Virus record (IMG/VR): IMGVR_UViG_3300008110_010000
Span: 124,001-188,000 of that record
Strand: one strand, 5' to 3'
DNA length: 64,000 bases
Shown here: piece by piece, positions 36,850 through 45,717 of the stretch
How positions within the stretch are numbered: the first letter of the stretch is position 1
Layout: each line of letters opens with the position of its first letter
Program-made: the position numbers and the translations under genes
The notes under the pieces: generated by a model
What the model was told of the DNA's origin: nothing
Seen by the model: only the letters and a program-made list of their open reading frames with translations
Databases searched by the model: none

Positions 36850-37635
36850 ATGTCTGTACAGAATATTCAAGAATCAAATATTGAAAGAGCCCAGCATTTC
36901 TTGGGTGTTGTTGTGGATAACAAAGATCCGGAATTTAGGGCAAGATGTAAAGTTAAGGTTTTTGGAGTATTTGACGATGTTGCAGATACGGATCTACCAT
37001 GGGCGTTCCAAAGATTTGATATTTCATTTGGTGACAATGGTGGATCTGGAAGGGTTAGTATACCTAAATTAGGTGCAGTTGTCCATGTCCAATTCAATAA
37101 CGGGAACTACTATGCCCCCGAATACAAAGCAGTACAAGAATTATCTTCCGATTTAATAGAAGAAATAAAAGCATCTTATGAAGGTGCTCATTCTCTAATC
37201 TATGACGGAATAGAACAGCTAAAAATATATTACACTGTTGCTAAAGGACTCGTAATAGATTTAAAAGAGTCAACTGTGGTAATTTCTAATGATAATTCAA
37301 TAACAATAACACATGCTGGCCAAACATCTACCCTTGAATTTAGAGGTGGTAAAATTACAGAGTATGCAAATTCTGAAATAGAAAGCACTGCAGTAACTAG
37401 AATTAAACAAAGCAGCAACGAAGTTTGGGCAGACGGTAAAACAACAAAGCTTGGTCATTCCCCTGTTTATTCTGCAGTTTTAGCGGAACCTTTATGGATG
37501 TTTTTAAAACAACTCGCAGCAGCGGTAGATGCTAAAGTTCCTTCCTGTCCTGGGTGTATGGCTACCCTTGCAGAAAGCTACGAACAGCTCTCTACGTCCG
37601 ATGTGGTTAAGTTAACTAAGAGTAATGAGCAATAA
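36850..37635 (+). CDS. gp5: Baseplate central spike, gp5 N-terminal OB-fold type, no lysozyme domain
   Basis: FLGVVVDNKDPEFRARCKVKVFG...LPWA...IPKLGAVVHVQFNNGNYYAPEY followed by beta-strand repeats. Confidence 0.85.
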   Translation: MSVQNIQESNIERAQHFLGVVVDNKDPEFRARCKVKVFGVFDDVADTDLPWAFQRFDISFGDNGGSGRVSIPKLGAVVHVQFNNGNYYAPEYKAVQELSSDLIEEIKASYEGAHSLIYDGIEQLKIYYTVAKGLVIDLKESTVVISNDNSITITHAGQTSTLEFRGGKITEYANSEIESTAVTRIKQSSNEVWADGKTTKLGHSPVYSAVLAEPLWMFLKQLAAAVDAKVPSCPGCMATLAESYEQLSTSDVVKLTKSNEQ

Positions 37636-40600
37636 TTTAGAAAACCTTGATAAGTGGGTAAAAGATCTCGAAAACGGTACTATAACTGTTGAAGAGTTAG
37701 CTGCAAGATTGTCTTCCATTCCTGATCCTCTCGGGAAGGAGGAAGATATAATTAACGCTGGGGAAGAAATTAATAATTCATTAAATCCTGAAGATTTAAT
37801 ACTTACTGATAATGAGATAAATGATATTATATGTAAATACGAGGGCGAGGAATTAGGAAATAGATTAATCTGGAAAATTTTAGAAAAACTTAATTTAACT
37901 TCAGATCTTAAAGAAATTCCGGATTTTTCTAATAATGACTCATTTGAGAAATATTTTGAAAGAATTTCTTTGCAAGATAGATTACAAAGAGCCAAGGAAA
38001 TGCTTTTTGATAATCTTGATTTAGATCTTATAGGCATCAAAGTTAAAAGCCCTAATTTAAAAAAAAGAAATTTTAAAATTCTAGGCTTTAATTTTCCTCT
38101 CAATATCATAACATATAAGGGTAAGCCCTTGTTTTTTCATATAGCTCCTCCTAAGGTCAACCTCTCCAAAATACTTCAAAGACTAAGAGACAGAATAAAA
38201 TCTAAAAAGGTAAAGAGCTGCGAAAAGAAAGGAACTTATATAGATGAGGATGATCTTTTAAAAAAGTTAGAGAATCTTCTAAACGACGAAAAGGAAGAAT
38301 ATAACAATGTATTTGAAATCGCTGATGAGGTTTTTTGTGAGCCTGATATTCCAATTAATCCTGAAACGGGGGAATCGCTTTTCACAAAAAACGACTTAAC
38401 TCAGTTTTTGAAAGAAATATGTGAGCCCGAAATTCCTTCTCCAGAAACACCTATCGATCCTGAACCTGATATAGAAGATATTTCAGACACTATTAATTCG
38501 TGCTTAAAGCAAACTAAATCCATATTTAATGAAGTTAGGGAAAAGAATGAAGAAAAAGCTAGACTTCAAAAAGCAGAAAAAGAGCTGGAGGAGGTTTTGT
38601 TTTATTATAAAATAATTCATAATTATTATGACGAATTATATTCCCAATTTGAAAAGAAAAGCAAAGCGGGTAAAAAAGGAGATCCATTAAAATTAGCAAT
38701 CAATTTAGTACTTGGAACCGGAGCTGACGATTATATAAAGAAATTAAATCAATTTTCTTCAAGATTTCAGTCTACTAAAAAAATAATACTTCCTGGTAGT
38801 AAATACATTGGAATATCATTTGGAATAGATTTTCCACACGGCTTAGGGAAAAAAATTCCGTATGAGAGAGTAAAAATGGAGGTTAATAACGATCTGATGA
38901 GTCAAGATTATCAAAAGGTCGACACATCTAAACTCCAGGTAGGAATGGAGTACAGCAAGGGTGGATTATTAGGAGGGCAGGATACCTCATTTTTCAAAGA
39001 TTTTGAATCTTTTTTAAAAATCAAGGATGAAAATCCTAAGAATAAAACAGACTACTATAGTTTCGTTAGCGATATAGAAAACTCTAACAAAAGCAAGGGT
39101 CAAATTATTAAATCAATAGAATCTGATCATGGATTTTTATTTTCCAATCTAATAGAGACATCTGCAAGTCCTTGGATATTTTTTACTGCTCAGGAAAGAG
39201 GAGATAATGATGCTAGAAAATCTGCCGATATAAAACCAGCAAAAACCGACAAGGAAGGAAATCCAAACAAGGAATTTGAAGAATTCTGGCAAGACTTTAA
39301 AACAAAATGGGACCAAAAGTATAACGATAGAAAGAAAACAATAGAGGATAAAATACTGGATTTAAAAAAATCTTCGGATGCCTTAGCAGAAAAAATAGCG
39401 GATTATTATTTTACGATCAGCGTGTCTTCTGTAAAGAAAAATAGTGAACTTCTTAAAGAAGCTTCAGATGGAATAAAATCAAGGGTTACTGCAATTGAAA
39501 ATTCTTTAATGTCAATAGCTGAGAAGATAACTAAGTTAGATCAGGAGAATTCTCCAGAGGGACTTTCCACCAAAGCTAATTCCATAAGTTGTGCCACTAA
39601 AAAAGAAGAGAAATGCCCAACAGAATGTTGCGGTCCTGCTGGGCAGAGTTTAAAATTAAAAGATACATGTGCTTCACATCGATCTCCGGATTGTCCAAAT
39701 CTTTTTACCAAATGCTATTGGAAAGAGTTTTGTAAAAATTTAAATAAAGTGGGATTACTCCCCCTCCCTGCTGGTCTTCCCCCTATAGAAAATCCCGCAA
39801 ATTTTTTACCGAATCTGGGTTTAAAATATTGGCCGGTAGGTTATCTTCCGCCATCTTTTATACCTTTACCTCCACCGATAGTGAATCCATTAGACGGGTT
39901 ACCTTTTATTAGAATTCCTATGCCAATGGTATGGACGAAGGTAGATCCTGTTGTTATTCCGATAGGAATTGGGGTCATAGTTATATTCGTTCCTTTCATC
40001 GGGGGATTCATGCCTAGCCCCCTAGTTTTTTTCCATGATTTTTTAACTGGGAATAGTATGTTTCTTCTTGGACTCAGAGGGTTTAGGTTCATTCCTAGAA
40101 AATCTGATCCTGTTGCTAACGATCCTCTCGAAAATTACAAAAAGATGCTTTCTAAAGGAATACCAAACTTTCTTTTTCCTTTTTCCAACCTTGGAAAAGA
40201 TGACGTTGATGATCCTAAAAGACTTTTCGGAGAAGTTGTTTCGAATCTTGAAAAGAGACTTGCAAATTATAGCAAGCCTGTAAACATGGAGAAAATCCAA
40301 AAATTACAAGACAAGATAACAAAAAAGAAAGAGGAGTCTCAATCTAAGATACTAGAAAAGAAAAGAAAAATGGCTTTAGAGGGTGGAGATATTAAAAAAG
40401 AGAAGGAGGAAATAGACAACTTTCTAAAATCTATAGACGGTGAAAAAATATCAGCCTTAAAAGATATTATGAAAGAATATTTGACGGGAGCGGTAGACAT
40501 TCCAGATATTCAGTTCCCTAAAAAATCAAAAAATCTTTTAGTTGATCTGCCCCAGCCTATAAAATCTTTAAGGGATTTAGATGCTAAAAGAAAACTTGGT

Positions 40601-41929
40601 GTTATCCCGGATAAAATTCCCAAGATAAATCTTTTATCTAGGATCCTTAGAGGAGTAGATTCTATAAAAATTCCTACCCCAAAAGAATTAGACGATTTAA
40701 ACAAAAATCTTCCTAATAATTCTAAGATAGTTGCTAAATTTAATAATAAACTGAAGGATCTTTCTAGTTCTCCCGAGGACGTAAAAAAATTAGAAGATTT
40801 AGTTAAGAAAAGTGCAACTGAGGTTTTTGAAGGTGAGGATTCTCCTTTAAGTAGTAAAAAACTTCTTTCGTTTAAAGCTAAAATAACACCCGCCCCTAGA
40901 ATTTTAGGTGCAGGTGTACCTTTGCCTTCTGGAATAGAAGAAATACCAAATCCTGTTATTTCTCAATTAAAAAACTTTGCCACAAGTAGTATAAAATTAA
41001 ATACAGATCAACTAACATCTATAGTAAGTAATTTAGCAATTTCTGAGAATAAGATTATAAGACAGCGGGATCTTAAAATGATCACAAAGAACGTAATTAA
41101 TAGTTCGCTATCAAAATTTCCTGTTGATTTAAAAAACTTTTCCATTCCTGATACTGCAAGCATGAAAAACATGCAGAAATCATTTACTAATTTGTCTTCT
41201 TCGTTAAACCTCCCTTCCATTCCTCCTAAGAAAAGCGCTTCACCTGTTTCTCCGATTGGCCCTGGAGGTATTCCCCCTATAATCATTCCAGGAAAAGTGA
41301 TTAGTAAATTCTTGGTTGATGGAGCAATGTCTTCTGTAAATCCTGAAATGATCACTAAATTATTGCCAGGGGTTCTTGAAAACTTCGAAACGTTATCAGA
41401 TAGTGACATTAAAACAATGTCAGATAATATTGTTAAGAATTTTACTAAAACAGCTAAGATACCTGCTTTGGATTCTATTCCAAAGATACCCATCCCTGCA
41501 AGGAATCAGGATTATATAGAATTCACTATGAATTTCTTACCAACTCATCCAGCCTCTGATATAGCATTTACCCAACTTTGGGATAAATTTAAAACCCCTC
41601 CAAGAATTCCTATCCCTGGTGAATTTCTTCAAAAGTATCTGGATATACAGGATGCAATATTCTCTAAGGTCCCTTGGCCTGTGGTAGTTGTACTGGGTAG
41701 AAATATTATTAATATCTTAAATCCTTTATGGAACAACGAAGATATCCCACGCTGGGACAGAATGAGTTTAAAGAATCCTTTTTATGTTGTTTTCATGGAC
41801 GAGTTCTTAAGATCTGCTGTTGATATCTCAGGAGGCTTTAAATTCTTTGCCGGTGCGGGAAAATTATTTTATCCTCTGCCAGATTCTGAAATCTATCTAG
41901 GGTTTGGGACTAAAATATCAATAAATTAA
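37625..41929 (+). CDS. 1434-aa hypothetical protein, probably baseplate-associated; Cys cluster and Pro-rich hydrophobic core
   Basis: Overlaps the gp5 stop. CPTECC...C...C...C...C segment followed by PLPAGLPP...IPIGIGVIVIFVPF. Confidence 0.45.
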   Translation: MSNNLENLDKWVKDLENGTITVEELAARLSSIPDPLGKEEDIINAGEEINNSLNPEDLILTDNEINDIICKYEGEELGNRLIWKILEKLNLTSDLKEIPDFSNNDSFEKYFERISLQDRLQRAKEMLFDNLDLDLIGIKVKSPNLKKRNFKILGFNFPLNIITYKGKPLFFHIAPPKVNLSKILQRLRDRIKSKKVKSCEKKGTYIDEDDLLKKLENLLNDEKEEYNNVFEIADEVFCEPDIPINPETGESLFTKNDLTQFLKEICEPEIPSPETPIDPEPDIEDISDTINSCLKQTKSIFNEVREKNEEKARLQKAEKELEEVLFYYKIIHNYYDELYSQFEKKSKAGKKGDPLKLAINLVLGTGADDYIKKLNQFSSRFQSTKKIILPGSKYIGISFGIDFPHGLGKKIPYERVKMEVNNDLMSQDYQKVDTSKLQVGMEYSKGGLLGGQDTSFFKDFESFLKIKDENPKNKTDYYSFVSDIENSNKSKGQIIKSIESDHGFLFSNLIETSASPWIFFTAQERGDNDARKSADIKPAKTDKEGNPNKEFEEFWQDFKTKWDQKYNDRKKTIEDKILDLKKSSDALAEKIADYYFTISVSSVKKNSELLKEASDGIKSRVTAIENSLMSIAEKITKLDQENSPEGLSTKANSISCATKKEEKCPTECCGPAGQSLKLKDTCASHRSPDCPNLFTKCYWKEFCKNLNKVGLLPLPAGLPPIENPANFLPNLGLKYWPVGYLPPSFIPLPPPIVNPLDGLPFIRIPMPMVWTKVDPVVIPIGIGVIVIFVPFIGGFMPSPLVFFHDFLTGNSMFLLGLRGFRFIPRKSDPVANDPLENYKKMLSKGIPNFLFPFSNLGKDDVDDPKRLFGEVVSNLEKRLANYSKPVNMEKIQKLQDKITKKKEESQSKILEKKRKMALEGGDIKKEKEEIDNFLKSIDGEKISALKDIMKEYLTGAVDIPDIQFPKKSKNLLVDLPQPIKSLRDLDAKRKLGVIPDKIPKINLLSRILRGVDSIKIPTPKELDDLNKNLPNNSKIVAKFNNKLKDLSSSPEDVKKLEDLVKKSATEVFEGEDSPLSSKKLLSFKAKITPAPRILGAGVPLPSGIEEIPNPVISQLKNFATSSIKLNTDQLTSIVSNLAISENKIIRQRDLKMITKNVINSSLSKFPVDLKNFSIPDTASMKNMQKSFTNLSSSLNLPSIPPKKSASPVSPIGPGGIPPIIIPGKVISKFLVDGAMSSVNPEMITKLLPGVLENFETLSDSDIKTMSDNIVKNFTKTAKIPALDSIPKIPIPARNQDYIEFTMNFLPTHPASDIAFTQLWDKFKTPPRIPIPGEFLQKYLDIQDAIFSKVPWPVVVVLGRNIINILNPLWNNEDIPRWDRMSLKNPFYVVFMDEFLRSAVDISGGFKFFAGAGKLFYPLPDSEIYLGFGTKISIN

Positions 41930-41951
41930 TTCATCTTTTAAAAAACAACTA

Positions 41952-43076
41952 ATGGCTAAAAAAAGAACCTATACTAGAGAAGAATACTCTCCAGAGGAAA
42001 GAGCAATAATGGATGCTTTGTATGAAGGTCATTTCAATTCAAATTTCACACAAAAATCAATTCCATTCACATCAAAAGAACTTGAAGAAAATCAAGTTTT
42101 AAGAGTAAAGATAACAAGAATCAGAGACAACAGTGCAATTGGTGAATCCGTAAATGGACAATCAGTTTCTATCGATATTCTTAAGGAAGAAAAAGCAATT
42201 AGGAGATTAGGTTATCCCCCTATGGATATCATGGAAGGAACCGAAATTGACGTTGTTGTATTCAAAGACCGCAGCGGCATTTATAATGGATCTCTTGCTG
42301 CAGGATATGAAAACTCCCTTAAGAATGAACTTTCTAAATCTATCAAAGATGAGAAGAGCGCATACACTGTAAGAATCGAATCAACTTGTCCTGGAGGATT
42401 TATGGTTAATCTCTCAGGAATTAAGTGTTTCTTACCTGGATCACTTGCAGCTGCAAATAGAATTATTGACTTCCAATCTTTTGTAGGGAAAACCATCAAT
42501 GTGATGATTGAGACTTATGATGAAAGAAGAGATATTTTTGTAGTATCTTTCAAAAAATATCTAAAACACATCATAGATCAAAAAGTAGAGGAACTTTCGA
42601 TAACACAGCAATACAGTGGAACCGTTACTGGAACATCACCTGCAGGAGTTTTTGTTGAATGGGACGAATATTACACAGGGTTAATTCCGGCGGAAGAATT
42701 TGAATCTGCGGGTTTAAAAATGCATATGGAACCAGGAAGCTCAGTTTCCTTCTATGTTTCAGATTTTAGAAATCCAAACAGAATAGTTTTAAAATTAAAC
42801 CCACCAGAGGGGAAAGAAAGGGAACTTCAGGAATTAAGGGACATATCTTTATCGGAAGACAAAGAAAATAAAATATATAGAGGAACCGTCTCTAAGATCA
42901 AGAATTTTGGAGTTTTTGTAAAACTCGAAAATGGGATCCCGGGACTGGTGGAAAAGGACAATTTAGCTAAGCCACCTAAAGAGTACGAAGTCGGTTCCGA
43001 AATTCTCTGTACTGTTTTAGATGTTGAGCTACAAAGTTCTAAATTATATCTAAAACAGAAAATTGAGAATACTTGA
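41952..43076 (+). CDS. Ribosomal protein bS1-like protein with four S1 (OB-fold) domains
   Basis: GGFMVNLSGIKCFLPGSL, GTVTGTSPAGVFVEWDEYYTGLIP, GTVSKIKNFGVFVKLENGIPGLV plus a degenerate first domain. Confidence 0.85.
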   Translation: MAKKRTYTREEYSPEERAIMDALYEGHFNSNFTQKSIPFTSKELEENQVLRVKITRIRDNSAIGESVNGQSVSIDILKEEKAIRRLGYPPMDIMEGTEIDVVVFKDRSGIYNGSLAAGYENSLKNELSKSIKDEKSAYTVRIESTCPGGFMVNLSGIKCFLPGSLAAANRIIDFQSFVGKTINVMIETYDERRDIFVVSFKKYLKHIIDQKVEELSITQQYSGTVTGTSPAGVFVEWDEYYTGLIPAEEFESAGLKMHMEPGSSVSFYVSDFRNPNRIVLKLNPPEGKERELQELRDISLSEDKENKIYRGTVSKIKNFGVFVKLENGIPGLVEKDNLAKPPKEYEVGSEILCTVLDVELQSSKLYLKQKIENT

Positions 43077-44523
43077 TCAAAATTTCTTCTACGCAGCAAA
43101 AATTGGATTTGAATTTGAGTTCATGTCCAATTTTTCGCGTTCGGAGATGGTGCAAAGAATAGGCGACGAGATTGGGAAGGAAATTAAGCTTTTCAAGAGA
43201 TACCACTCCAGATTTAAGCCAACAAGGGACGTTTTTAAATTAGAACCAGATTTTTCTGGCGGTACCAAGATGGTAGAGCTAATTACTGGTCCGATGGATT
43301 ACTTCGAGGCAATCCCCGTTTTAATTAGAATTCTAAAATGGATAGAAGAAAACGGATACACGAATGAAAAATGCGCACTGCAATTTGGATTAAGCTTCGA
43401 TCGTCTTAAATACCCAGATCTAATAGACCTTAAAAATTTAAATGCTTTAAAATTTGTTTTAGGGTATGATGAAGAGTATGTGTGGAGCAGATTTCCTGAA
43501 AGAAGAGGATCTCTCTATGCTAAATCTATAAAAAGAATAATTCCGGCTAACAAGTTCATTAGAAAATATGACGGAACTATTGCTGATAGAAATTCTTATG
43601 TTGTATACACTGAAAAAAACATGGGAATCAACCTTACTAAATTAGAAGAGGGTTATATCGAGGTGAGATACATGGGAGGGACTGATTACCAGAAAAAATA
43701 CACTGAGATAAAAGAAATTATAGATCACACCATAACTCATACTTTTAAAACCCTTTTACAGAACGACACCTTAAATCAAAAAGAAACATCGGATCTAAGC
43801 GCTCTAATTTCCAAATTATATAAAGAAACTGAGAGCTTTATTGACCCTGAAACGTTTGTTAGAAACTATCCAGATCTTCATGTAACTGTTGATTTAAGAG
43901 AAGATTTACAGATTATTAAAACATATTTTCACGACATTAGAGACATTCTTTACAATTTAATAGTAGAGAATGAAATTACCTCTGGATTCCTAAATTATGA
44001 CACACAAATTTCAAGATATCAGCTAAAAGACGGAAAAACTACAAGAGCTAATATTATAAAAAATTTAGATCTTGTTGAGTGTGAAATTGAAGGAAACGTA
44101 GCTAAGTGTAGAGCTTTTGGATGTAAATTCAAAAATTGTCAAATAGAGGACACTGATTTGGTAATGAATAATGAAATTGAAGATTCTAAAATTCTAGATT
44201 GTGATCTGGGTCTGGGAAACACTGTTAATAACTCTTATATAGATGCCAAAGATAAAGAAATAAGTTGTGAAATTACTGGGGGTATAATTAGATCAGGGTA
44301 CATCACATCTCTTGCTCAGGTTTCTTCCACTACAGAAATTATAACAAATGATGCGGATGGAAAAAGCAAAGGCAAAGGCAAGGGGGAAAAATTCTTAAAG
44401 AATGTAGTATTTCCTGATCGTAATATTGAAGGACAAGTTGGCCCAAGCGACGATTTCAATAACCTTAATAATACAATTCCTTCTATTTCGATAAATAGAT
44501 TGTATAAAAATAATGATCAATAA
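43063..44523 (+). CDS. Putative amidoligase (COOH-NH2 ligase / glutamine-synthetase-like) with C-terminal beta-helix-like region
   Basis: IGFEFEF, LEPDFS, VELITGPM, GYTNEKCALQF, YIEVRYMGG follow the Amidoligase_2 motif order; the usual HxH is not conserved. Confidence 0.6.
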   Translation: MRILDQNFFYAAKIGFEFEFMSNFSRSEMVQRIGDEIGKEIKLFKRYHSRFKPTRDVFKLEPDFSGGTKMVELITGPMDYFEAIPVLIRILKWIEENGYTNEKCALQFGLSFDRLKYPDLIDLKNLNALKFVLGYDEEYVWSRFPERRGSLYAKSIKRIIPANKFIRKYDGTIADRNSYVVYTEKNMGINLTKLEEGYIEVRYMGGTDYQKKYTEIKEIIDHTITHTFKTLLQNDTLNQKETSDLSALISKLYKETESFIDPETFVRNYPDLHVTVDLREDLQIIKTYFHDIRDILYNLIVENEITSGFLNYDTQISRYQLKDGKTTRANIIKNLDLVECEIEGNVAKCRAFGCKFKNCQIEDTDLVMNNEIEDSKILDCDLGLGNTVNNSYIDAKDKEISCEITGGIIRSGYITSLAQVSSTTEIITNDADGKSKGKGKGEKFLKNVVFPDRNIEGQVGPSDDFNNLNNTIPSISINRLYKNNDQ

Positions 44524-45296
44524 TGGCTAATACTACGGAAGACCAATTAGTTCAAGAAATAAAGGATGATATCTCACATTCTTGCGCTTTACCATACGCT
44601 CTGAATGACGGGGAAATTAAAAGAATCATCAAAAGGGCCAAAGCATATTTTTATGACAACTATCAATATGCTGTAGAGGATAGAATTTTTATTTTAGGTA
44701 AAGAACTTTTTTCACATCAATCATTTAGAGCAACTAGACAGGTTCAGCTACCTGAATGCGTGATAAGTGTTTATGATGTAAGGGAGGTTGGTGGATCTGG
44801 TATAGTTGGAACACCCGATAAAGATTTTGGAGATTCCAAGCTATTAGGATCTGAACTTATGTTAAGTCCCTTCGTGGGAGACAACCTTGTGTATAGAACC
44901 GTTTTATACTCATTTTTTGACCTCGCAAAAGCATACCTATTAGAAACATATGCTTTCAATTATAACAAGAATACGAAGAAGCTAACCATCCTAGGACGCG
45001 ATCCTAGCCGAACATCCAGCACAGGTTTAGCCCTTGGAGGTAAGGATGTGGGAATTAAGGCATGTATTGCCATTCCCGAGGAAAATCTATATTCTGATGA
45101 GCTTTTCGTTAGATATTGCCTTGCAGAAGCAAAAATTAATATCGGGAGACTTTTAGGAACTTTTGGTTACCAATTACCTGGTGGGGTTACCATAAACGCT
45201 AGTGCTATTTCAGCACAGGGAACCACAGAAAAGACTGAGGTAATGGATATGATTAAATCGGAAAACACCCCAAGCTATTTCTTACAGTGGAATTAA
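44523..45296 (+). CDS. gp13: Neck/head-completion protein, T4 gp13-like
   Basis: YCLAEAKINIGRLLGTFGYQLPGGVTINASAI...EVMDMIK C-terminal signature. Confidence 0.8.
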   Translation: MANTTEDQLVQEIKDDISHSCALPYALNDGEIKRIIKRAKAYFYDNYQYAVEDRIFILGKELFSHQSFRATRQVQLPECVISVYDVREVGGSGIVGTPDKDFGDSKLLGSELMLSPFVGDNLVYRTVLYSFFDLAKAYLLETYAFNYNKNTKKLTILGRDPSRTSSTGLALGGKDVGIKACIAIPEENLYSDELFVRYCLAEAKINIGRLLGTFGYQLPGGVTINASAISAQGTTEKTEVMDMIKSENTPSYFLQWN

Positions 45297-45323
45297 TCCT
45301 TAAATTATCTTCTGCTTATATTT

Positions 45324-45335
45324 TATAAATATATA
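45324..45335 (+). promoter_or_regulatory. Putative late promoter (TATAAATA overlapping AATATATA)
   Basis: Exact T4 late consensus TATAAATA at 45324-45331, 13 nt upstream of the gp25-like ATG. Confidence 0.55.
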
Positions 45336-45344
45336 AGGGAGATA

Positions 45345-45716
45345 ATGATAAAGATCACTGACATATACCCTAGAAATCCTGACGATCCCTTATACGTCCC
45401 GGACAAATTAGAAACCGACGATGTTGTGGAATCCTCTATAGGAATGATAAAGCAGATCATGTTAACTAAACCTGGTTCTGTTTTAGGAGACCCATTCTTT
45501 GGTATAGATCTAGAATCTTTAATTTTCGATTTTGAGGTCAATCAGCAAGAATTAGAAGAGGCAATCAGCTTACAGCTTTATACCTACTGTCCTTTTGCTA
45601 GAGGAATACTCAAAATTGATTTTCAGGTGGGTTTTTTCAGAGGAGAAACCAGAGATAGCTGTGTTATTGAATTCGCTATCAAAGGTAATCCTGTATTGGG
45701 AATAAAGGTAATTTAA
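45345..45716 (+). CDS. gp25: Baseplate wedge protein gp25-like
   Basis: IKQIMLTKPGSVLGDPFFGIDLESLIFD...ISLQLYTY. Confidence 0.85.
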   Translation: MIKITDIYPRNPDDPLYVPDKLETDDVVESSIGMIKQIMLTKPGSVLGDPFFGIDLESLIFDFEVNQQELEEAISLQLYTYCPFARGILKIDFQVGFFRGETRDSCVIEFAIKGNPVLGIKVI

Positions 45717-45717
45717 A

